DNA of 64,000 nucleotides from Cycas panzhihuaensis (Eukaryota; Plantae; Cycadophyta): NCBI GenBank assembly GCA_023213395.1, contig CM041465.1, positions 92,635,741 to 92,699,740 of the forward strand, read 5' to 3'. Shown piece by piece: positions 38,818 to 49,676 of this stretch (position 1 is its first letter; each line of letters starts with the position of its first letter). The notes under the pieces were generated by a model. It saw only the letters and a program-made list of their open reading frames with translations, ran no database searches and was not told where the DNA came from. The position numbers and the translations under genes were made by a program.

Positions 38818-41800
38818 TGTTGGGGTTAATGTTCCTCACCTAACTCCTACCATTGGGGACATGTGAAGTGCATACATCTTCATGGTAAGGTAAGGTAATG
38901 TTATTTTATTATGAATTATTATTATTATAATGCTTTGTCATTATTTTATATTATTTTAAATTTGGATGTTGAGGAGGGTTCCCTCATTCCTCTTAAGTAT
39001 ATATTTTATGGAGTTCAAAACCCTAGTGTTCATCAACACCACCTTCACTAAAGGATTTTTGTATGTACTCTTCTACAATGGCTTGAATATAATGATATTT
39101 TGATATTACGCTCTTAATATGGATTAAATACTAATTTTGATTTATATGTTCATCTACTTTGCTCTGTTCTCCATACTCCAACATTTGGTATCAGAGCATC
39201 TTGATCTTGGCCTACTTGGTTTCATTTAGCAGTTTGGATCTTGATTTACATTCAAAACTTCTTGAGTTGGCTTTATTTGATATCAAAGCAAGGATATATT
39301 GAGTTTTGAAAAGGAGATCTATCAAACTACTCATGACAAGTATTGTATTAAGTTTTTATTCAATTTTTATAAAGCTTATTAATAGGTTTTACATTATTTT
39401 CATTAAAAATTTGATTATTTTGATTTATATGCTCAAAATAATTTGTGTTTTCTTAGATCTGTATAGAGTTTGTAGGTATAATCAACCCAACAATCATTTG
39501 GAGCCATTATATTGGTATTTCAACTAATATTTTTTATGATTTTAATTATTTTCTACTAAAATTTTAAAGTTTTATAAGGAACTTAGATTTCTATAGGCTA
39601 GTGCACTCTCCACGGTGATTAAAATCATAGTAAGTGACCATTTATTTTGAAGCATTTTAAGTTAGCTCTGTACCAGATTTAATGATTTCAAATTTCGTTG
39701 CTCCTACAAAGAGATCTCCCTCCCGGAAGCTCGACGACTCGTTTTGGCAATGAAACCCCACTGCCCCTCTTCTCATTTACTCATTTTAGCTTTATTTTGC
39801 ATCTAGTTTCTCTTGTGACAAGGGTGTAAAATTGCTAAGGGCTAGACTAAGTTGTCTGTGACTATTTTGTGGCCTTCTAGACTGCATAACCTCCACACAC
39901 CAGGCGCCCTCCACAACCTCCATACATTTTGCTACTTCGTTCTTAACTTGCGGTGATGAATTCTTAATGAAATTTGAGAGGTGCCTTAGTATGTAATAGA
40001 TCTATCCTCCCCTAAAGTTTCATAGTGATCCGTCACTCTAATAAGCAGATCAAGTTTGTCGAAGTTTGCCCTATGTGCGTGGGTTTTTTGTATGAAGGTT
40101 ATTTTTTTAAATTTTATTTTAATTAATTTATTTTTTACAAAGTTATAAAGTTTATTAAAAATTTAATTAAATTTAATAAATTTTCATATCCATGCATATG
40201 TTTTTTACTTAACCCCCTCTAGCTTTAGCCCCTCGGTCTTATCTTGCTCCATATGACCATATTTTAGGCATATTTGAAATAATATAAGTTATTTTTTATA
40301 AAATCTGATTATTCAAAAATTAATTTTCATATTTTATAATTTTTTAAAATCTAGGACCCCATATTTTATAGCTTTATTTTAGCATTTTAAGGTGAATGAG
40401 CCATCTTTAACATCAAAATCATTAGATTTGTGAATTCTAACACCTTACAACTCTACTTTTAAGATTTTATTTTATCTTTTAACTTATAAACTTGATTAAA
40501 AACTCTCTTAAAGCTTACTTATTACTTATTTTAGGCCAATTGTTGTATCTTTTAAAGTATTCATTTAAGGTTTATTCCATAAACATATTTCAAGTATATA
40601 TGTATATTTCTTTGATTTAAAAGAGCTTATATTTACTCTTAATGATTTCATCTATATAGTGAAGGTGTATTTGGCTTTATTTCAAGCTTTCAAAGTATTT
40701 TCAACGTGCATTCTATTGCATATAAGCATTCAAAGCACTTCATTTTTTTTAAAGCTTATTTGAATCCTCATGAAAGTTATCTTACAAATAGTATTCTTGA
40801 ATCCAACTTGAAAGATATATTTTCCTTTATTATCAAGTTATTTTTTATTAATTTATGAAGGCATTTATTTGAAAGATAGTATATATATTTCTCAAATTAT
40901 CTTTTGGCTCATTTTAGGCCTTTATCTTTAAGGTTAATATATAAATCACTTGAAAGAATCATTAATTGATTTTAGTTTCATTTCGAAAGAAAGCATTTGT
41001 GTTGCTTTAATTTAAGAAGATATACATTGCGTAGTTGCATTCTTTACATTGATCAACAAAGACAATTGTTGAAAGAATATGTAAAAGAGTACTTATTGTA
41101 TAATTCATATTATTCCTTTTATTTATTTATTAAGACAATATATTGAGTGTATCCACTAAAAGTATTTTATAATGGCAAAGAACTTTGATAACACAAGGTT
41201 TCTTACATTTGATGAGAGTAATTTTCACATTTAGAGATATATATTGAAAACCCATTTTTGGTAAATGACCTTTGGAAACTTATAGAGCATGGTTACCTAG
41301 AAGGTGAACATAACTTTAAAGAAAATTTGAAAAAGGATAATGAAGCCTTAGCATTAATATTTTATATAATAAATGCTAATGTACTCACTCATGTTTGTGA
41401 TATGACCACATCTAAATCTATTTGGAATACCCTAGATTCACTTTATGGGAGAGAAATTTTAGAATTAAATAAATTTAACTATATTGATGATATGTTTCAT
41501 ATGAGACAGATGGTAGAGTAGGTGACTTTTGATAAAAAGACCAATGATGTATGCAAATTTAAAAATTTAAATAAGAGTAATAAATATAATGTTGCATTTA
41601 ATAAGGCTACATATTTATTTGACCTAATTGACTCTCATCAAGAAGACAAAGTCAAAGATGAACACACACATACTCTTTCAAAGCAAGCCACAACTATATT
41701 TGTACCACGCTTTGTTAAAGACTATTTTGCAAGAATGACATTATAAGATGATGACTACATCAAGGATGATGAAGCTAAAGGACATGTTTTCAAAGTATTT

Positions 41801-42233
41801 CTAAAGTATTTGTACTACAAGTTCAAAGAGAAGTTGAAGATGAATGTGATGAATATTAAGGGGAAGTATGTTAGGGTTAATATTCCTCACCTAACTCCCA
41901 CTATTAGGAACATGTGAAGTGCACACATCTTCATGGTAAGTTAAGGTATTTTTATTTTATTATGTATTGTTATTGTTATAATGCTTTGTAATTATTTTAT
42001 ATTATTTTAAATTTGGAGGTTGAGGAGGATTCCTTCGTTACTTCCAAGTATATTTTTTATGGGGTTCAAAACCCTAGTGTTCATCAGCACCACTTTCATT
42101 AAAGGATTTTTGGATGCACTCTTCTACAATGGCTTGAATACAATGATATTTTAATAATATGCTCTCAATATGGATTGAATACTAGTTTTGATTTGTATGT
42201 TCATGTGCTCTGCTCTGTTCTCGTACTCCAATA
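38818..42233 (+). mobile_element. Non-autonomous gag-only Copia-derived LTR element, copy 2 (complete, ~3.4 kb)
   Basis: LTRs 38818-39183 and 41869-42233; perfect PBS TGGTATCAGAGC at 39186-39197; TSD CATAA (TATAA in copy 1, 32972-32976) and TATAA (42234-42238); gag ORF remnant 41258-41521; no PR/IN/RT. Confidence 0.9.
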
Positions 42234-45200
42234 TATAAGTCCTATATTAAGAGATAGGAACCTTATTCCTATGATGTTTTTCAAACACACATCTTTTATA
42301 AACTTCATCACTGCCCTTGATAAATAGAAGTCCTTGTATCATTGATTTCTTCTGAAGTGTTAACTAAACCACCATAATTAAGATGTCCATATCTATGATG
42401 CTATATCATACTATCATTCTATAAAGTGACATTCAATATCTAATTTTGAGTAGTAATCACAAATTTGAATAATTTATTAGATGTCATTTGACCCTTTGTA
42501 ATAAGTTTTATATCTTAACACTCTTTATTATTAAACTGTAATATATAGGATTGTTATATTGTTTGTCTAATAAATAATAAAATCTTTTTCAAACTAGGCA
42601 TACATATCATATTATAAAACTTTTAGAAGCTTTGATCTAAGAATGAATAGAAATAATACAAAATTGAGACACTGTTTATCGACTAGAATTAATCTACCTC
42701 CAAAACTCAATTCTTATTCCTTTAGAATAACATTCCATACATATGTACAAACTAATACATCTATATATACAAGTGGGATTGATAATGGTTCAAATTTGAC
42801 TTATAACTGTTTTAACACATTACATGCCCATTAAGGACTTTGAGTAACTCTTAGACATGTGTTATCAATATAGTGATGATCTTATAACTCACCAACCTAT
42901 AATTAACCTATGTAAATATTAATTCTAACATTCTCCCTTAATGTTTAGATCATCAGTTTTAATGTTGATACAAGATCTGAATTTGTCAAACTTATCTCTA
43001 ACTAATAATTTGATAAAGATATCCACTAGTTGCTCTTTAGTCAATTTGAATACAAATTTAACTTTTCTATTTTGGATGTTTTCTTAAATAAAATGATAAT
43101 GCACATCAATATATTTAGTGTGAGTATAAAATATTAGATTCTTAGAAATATTCAAAGTACTTTGATTATCACAGTGCAAAGTAGTTGTTTCATCTTGATG
43201 AAGTCTCAAATCACTAAGGACATATCTCAATTAGATAGCAACTTTATATTCTACCTCAGTAGATGACAATGCAACATTTGATAGTTTTTTATTACTCTAA
43301 GTGCTAATAGTAGATCTAAAACTGAAGTAATATTTTAAAGTAGACCTTTTTGCTACTAGCACATCTAGCCCAATCAAAATCTAAATAGAGTTCTTGCTAG
43401 AAATTATTGTTTTTTCTAAATTCTAATCCATAATGTAATGCCCATTACAAATACCTAAAGATCCTCTTTACAAGCTTCTAATGGCTCTACTTTGGTTCTA
43501 CCATAAACCTTAACAACATACTAATTGTAAAGAATATGTTAGGCTTAACTATAGTCAAATAGATCAAACTACAAACTAATTGCTTATATATCATACCATC
43601 TATATGGTCTTCATCATCCATAGCTATTAATATGAAACTTGTCTCTATAGGGGGTGGGGTAGGTTTAAAATCCTCCATTTTAAATATTTTAAAAAAATTT
43701 CTATGTATATTTATCTTATGAAATAAAGATTTTTTTAAACTTTTACCACACTTCCACTACTAAAAAATAGTGGAATAATCTAAGATCTGCCATATCAAAT
43801 GTCTTCTTAAGATTGTTCTTTAGGTCTTTAACTTTCAAGGCATTATTACCTGTAATTACAAGATCATCTACATATAATGTTAAAGAGATAATGATCTTCA
43901 ACTTTGATATATAGGTTTGGATTAGTTGATAACTTCTTAAATCTATTTTTCATGAAGTATTAATCGATCTCAGAATACTAGGCTCTTAGAGCCTACTTTA
44001 GGTCATACAAAGCCTTATTCAAGTGACATACCCAGTTTTATTTACCCTTTGTAATATATCTAGGTGGCTTCTCTATATAGCCTCCTCCTTAAGATCTTTA
44101 TTTAAGAAGGTACTTTTAATATCATGCTAGTGCAATTGCCATTTAAATTAAGTAACTAATATCAATATCAATCAAATTATCATCATCTTGGGTACCAGAG
44201 TGAATGTATCCTAGTAATCAGTCCTATTTATTTACTTGAATCCTTTAGCTACTAATTTGGCTTTGCACTTATCAATTGAGTTATTAAATCTAAATTTCAT
44301 CTTATAGATCTATTTGTAACTAATCGCCTATTTGCCTGGTGGTAAATTAACTAAGTTCTAATTCTTATTCTATTCCACAATATGGATTTTAACATCCATT
44401 ACTTTTCTCTACTTTTACTCATAATAGACCACATCAAAAATATTAGGATAATGCCTAATTTAGAAATATATGTGAGCATATTAGGCCTTTCAATGGCATC
44501 TTGAGCATCTAAAGTCACCTTGGGCCACTAAATGCCACCAAGTAGCCGCCTGCAACCAACATGGAGTGACCACAGCCACCACAGGTATGATATTTTAGTG
44601 ATGTGCTTAATATTTTAATAATTATTTGAATTTCAACTTAAGTTAGGTTGAGGCACTTTCCACCTCCCCAAAATTCTATTTATAAGTGGGAAATACCTCC
44701 ATGGTGTTTTTTAACACCACCACTCTACATTCAGAAATTATTTACTTTAAAGATGATGATCCAACACTTATAATCCTCCTACTCTGCTCCTTGATGCCAA
44801 CACTTGATATCAGAACCTGGTTCGGTTGGTACCCGTGAGGTTTACAACTACATTCTTAGTACGTCTGTAATATTCTTTGATTTATGAAATATTAACATTA
44901 TAAAACTATTGAATATAATACAAATTTTATTTATATATTTCATATTTTGTTTAGGAAACAAAAATATACTTGTTTTTAATCTCACTGCTGTAGCTCATAC
45001 ATCAATTAGAACTATGTCATATGACCATTCATTCTGATCGTGATTGAGTCCTCTAACTAATGGTGAATACCGTTTGAAATTTTGTCACTTTTATTAAGAG
45101 ATATTTCTTTGTGAATCTCAGCCAACTCATTGTGGACTATGCTACTCTATTCTTAGCTTGTGATCAACTGTTTGGCACAAAACTTGACCAGTGCGTTGAC

Positions 45201-47209
45201 ATCTAAGATATCCAACTACCCCCACAGTTTGGTGTCAAACCATTTCCTCTATGAACAGATTGAGCTCATTGAGTCTCCATGACCTCATATGTTCACCGTA
45301 CACTATTTTACACATATAAAAAGAAAAAAAAACATTTTTTTCTAAATTTTTTGGATTACTCTCAAATGATCCTCCTTTGAACTTGTGATGCCCCCTCTCT
45401 AGATTGATTTCAAGTAAATCAGAGTAGTTTTGATCAATTATTTTATCTCTATCTCTTCACCGTTCAACCGTTCCTTCCTCGCGCCTTTTACTTTCTCTAT
45501 TTTTTTTACCATATAAAATATATTTTATTGATGGTTTTGGATCAATCTGCATGTATACTAGAGGTTCCCCCTATTGTAGTGTGTAAATCAATCCCTTGAT
45601 CAAGTTTTCTTGACATTTTTGCTCCATTTATTGCCTTTGTGCAGGTCGCATTAGAATGACGACCAAAATTTATTTGATTATTTCATATTTTTTTATAAAG
45701 TTTAAATTTAAATTTAATCTAGTTTAATTTTGCATTGAATTTTGGCTATGTGATTAGTAATAGCCCCTTCCATTGACTACTTACGATCCTATTAACACCT
45801 TATGACCGTGTTTTATCAATATATGGGGCATACATGAAAAGGAGATTAATCATTTTTAATTCCTTTTCATTTTAAAAGAATTAAAGCATAGTTGATATTA
45901 TTTGGGTTTCAAAGCCCCTTTCACATCTTAGCCAGTGGTCACATTGAAGTTCTATGTGACCTTGCTCTTTTCTGTCTAAAGGGGCCTATTCAATTTCCTT
46001 TTAAAATTTTGTTTCATTAATACATAAGGAGGACCTCTCATATTTTTCAGTGTTACTTTCCACTGGAGCATCAATTTTTGTAAAACTAGTTTCGCTAGAT
46101 TTGTATTTCAGTGATCTTCAGCCTGGTACCATCATTTGCTTAATTTGAGTCTGTTTCAATAGTGTTTGAATAAGTCAAAGTCAACATTCTTTTCAATGCT
46201 TATTTCGCTTGTCCAAAGGAGGTATGTGTAATGTTTTCTCAATAACTTGACTGTTTCAGCTCTGTTTTCCAAACCGTAAGAACTAATGGAAAACATTTTT
46301 AGAGCTCTATACATTGGAATTAGTCTCATCTTATTTAGACACTATTTGTTAGGTTTTTTAAGCTTCTTAAGTTAAGGCTATATTTTAACCCTAAATAAGC
46401 ACATTTCGTAACACTTTTGAGCAATTTTTCATTCAAATTAATTCTACTTGAGTATAGTTTTCTACTAATCAATTTTGTGGAGATATTTGTTGGTTTTTCA
46501 TAAAGATTACAAGCTATTTGCAACCTTTAGCATCAATTTCAGCTTCTTAAGGAGTAAGAAGCCTACATAGAGTAATATGTCAAATTAGTACCATTTACCT
46601 TGACCTTTTACTTTATCTTTTACACTTTCATTCAAGTTTAGACTAATTTTTTTAGCACATTTGATTATTTTAAACATTGTGTCTTCTTGAAATTGCAAGA
46701 TTCACCTAGTTTGTTTCTAATTTTTATAAAGGAACTACTTGGCACTTGATTTGCATTATTACCTTTAACATTCATTGGTATATTAGTCAAGGAGCTTCCT
46801 TACTTTTATCAAAGGTATTTTCCTTTTTCAATTTGAAAAGAACATTTGCAAAGAGTATAGTTACAAGGTCCTTTAATTATTTTTTTACTTCAAAGTTCAT
46901 TCAAATATTCTAAAGTTAAGGAGCATTCAAATATTAAGGATTCTATTGATTCATTGCATTACATTAGAAAAGTGCATATAGTTTCCTATTTACTTTTATA
47001 AAGAGTATCTCAATTTGAAAAATATTAGATTGCATATTAGTATTTACCTTTTTGGTTTATTAAAGAAGAAAGTATCTTGATCATTATAATTTATTTTCAT
47101 AGTGACTTGATGTAAAGTATTGCATAGTACTTTCATTTGAGATATTTCATCTTGCTTAAGATTTCTTTCATTTCGTTTCATTTTTTGTTTAAAAGGAATC
47201 CTTGTGTGA

Positions 47210-47670
47210 TTAAGTAAGACCACATCTAATTAAAATGTTTTCATATTAATCAAGATAATATCCCGAATTTATCACACTTTTTCCAGCCTTATAAGGGAAA
47301 CGATTAGGACCCCTGAAGTTATCACCATTCATATAGTAATTGGTATACTCATATTAGATGAGGAACATCATTGGATATAAGGTATATTAGTTAGCAAGTT
47401 AAGATGGAGAACCTATATTTTTCTTGGAGTATAGAGATTAAGGCTAGACCTAGAGAGGATGAGTGCCTTAGTTAGTAAAACCTTCACCGTTAAATCTGTT
47501 GCTAAGTATAAGTCTAGTGGAGGTAGATCAATAATTTAGGGGGGTGTAACAACCTTCTTAGCAACTTGCATTCTAAGGTATATCGAGCCTAGAGCTCATG
47601 TATTAGTATATTAGGTCCGTATTTTTCCACTTGTAGGCAGGCACCACTAGATAGGATAACAACAAAATAT
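47210..47670 (+). other. Conserved non-coding pre-gag block of element A (homologous to 52146-52600 in element B)
   Basis: Shared words ACGATTAGGACCCCTGAAGTTA, ATATTAGATGAGGA, TAAGGCTAGACCTAGAGAGG, AATTTAGGGGGGT, GAGCCTAG and AGGCACCACTAGA, while the rest of the two leaders does not align by eye. Confidence 0.8.
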
Positions 47671-49352
47671 TTCCCTTAGAGACCCTTAGACTTAGAGCCT
47701 ACAAGCCTCATTAGGGACTAAGACACCTACAAAACTCTTGAAAAGTCTTAAACATTATTTTCTTGGGTTAATTTTTAAAATCAAATCTTTAGAAAACTTT
47801 ACTTTATCTATAGATCTTTTTTAAAACCTAGTTAAGAGATGCCATTAAGCTTTGGAAATATGATTATCCCTAAGTTTGTGTTGGGAATAATCCCAATGTG
47901 GTTAAAGCACCTGAGCGCTTAGGGCCCCTCAAAGCCACCTTTGAGGGCCCCTAGGGTACCTTAAGCCACTCAACAACCGCCTGGACCTAACACCACTTTC
48001 TTGAGGTACATATTGCATTTATTATTGTTAAATTTTTAATATATTTTGAATTTACATTGGTTAATGTGCAACTAGGATGATGGCACTCGACGCCTCCCCA
48101 AAATTCATTATTTAAGGGATGAGAATACCTCTCAGGTGTTTTTTAACACTGCCATCCAAAGGAAATCACCATTATACTCGAAATGTTGTCTATTTAAAGT
48201 CCTGTTCTACTCCTCCAGCTCCATTATTTGGTATCAGAGTAGGTTAGTGTTGATATTTTGCTCATATTTGATTTAGCGTCTCATATATTTAGCAAACTAC
48301 CTACATATAACTACTGGTTAAGATCCTGGCAAACACACCTGCTCATTGGAGAAAACGGTTAGAGATTCATCCATCATGTAAGAAGTTGTCACACTTTGAA
48401 GCCAGTACTACAAACCAAATTACCAGGTTCTTCGAGAGTTTTTTTTTCAAATATAAACATATATTTCATTTATTTGAGGTATTTCGATGAATATACTTAA
48501 AAATCTAGTTATTTTCATAGATATATTTCTCAAAAATCTGGTTTATTTGATACATTTGAGTGAGTAGGTTGAACATAGATCTCATTTTATTTAGATACAA
48601 TTATATAGATATATTTCTTATTTATTTGTTATTATTTCTTCAATATATTTATAAGCTTTGGTATCATCGACTATATTTACGCCCTCTCTGCATTCTCTGT
48701 TTGTGTGGTCTTCTATTCGTGGCATCTCTTTATCCACATAATCTTCCGTGTTGACTTGTTATGCTTACTTGCATACCTCTGATTCCTTAGGAACTTTGAG
48801 TCCATCCCTTTCCTTGACATATATTGGTGTCTTTTTTTGGCCTTTTAATGCCATTCTTATGAGCCTTATATGATTGATTGTGTACCGTATGATACTTAGA
48901 CTTTACCATCTCACTGTCTTTGCCACTGCAAATTCATTGTTTTAAGTCTTTATGTGAAGAAGTTCAAGTTCCGTTGGCTATTTTAAGCTTAACAAGTGGG
49001 TTCTCGAGCGCCAAAGATTTGACCTTTGGTCATCTCTGTATACTCGAGATGGTAATCATCAATTTGGAGTCCTGGAACTTAATTAGCGGGCTTTGCCTCG
49101 TCCAATGAGTAATTGAAAGGGGGGAAGAAGTAGACAGAACCATCTTCAAACCCTCAAATTCATCCTAGTGCTAGCTGTCTATATTGAGATACGACAAAAT
49201 AGAATACTCTGTCTCACCAACATATGGAAGTAGGACAAGAACTCAACCATACTTTATCATAAAATTGTATCGTATAGTAATGTTAATATTACTATCACAT
49301 CCCTTTGTACATTTATATTTCTTTCACATAGCGTCTTCAATGTAACGGGGGG

Positions 49353-49676
49353 TTATGCCTTTAATATTTCCTGTGATTCACTTCCACAATCTTTGAAATT
49401 AACCTTTCTTCCATGGGCGACAAAGGATGGGCAGTGTCCGTGCACATCCCACCATGCAGTGATCTCCTTCAACTCATCCACATCAACCTTGAAAAAAATA
49501 ACATGTATGTACTTCTTTGAAAGCTCAATAAAGATTGGACCAATGACCCAGCAGGGACCACACCATGAAGTAGTAAAATCGACAATAATCAGGTTCGAAG
49601 CCAACTTCACCTCATTCAGCTTGGCGGTCCACACCTCCTCGGAGTGACACGCTACAACGTTCCTTGAATCTTCCAT
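49353..49676 (-). pseudogene. Intronless thioredoxin h-type copy (WCGPC intact, C-terminal frameshift) inside Copia element B
   Basis: MEDSRNVVACHSEEVW...LIIVDFTTSWCGPCWVIGPIFIELSKKYIHVIFFKVDVDELKEI matches the plant Trx-h pattern; the expected C-terminus (MEERLISKIVEVN) continues in another frame from ~49413. Confidence 0.92.

Larger units (their letters stand above)
30774..42033. repeat. Tandem segmental duplication: unit 1 30774-36604, unit 2 36605-42033
   Basis: Colinear near-identity throughout (paired ORFs 33465/39306, 35880/41258, 36075/41522, 31891/37772). Unit 2 lacks ~400 bp (unit 1 ~34520-34918). Confidence 0.97.

Noticed and set aside
44820-47200. A captured host gene in the leader of element A, parallel to the Trx in B
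   Set aside because: No recognisable ORF in the frames I translated; a tBLASTx search would be needed to exclude a decayed fragment.
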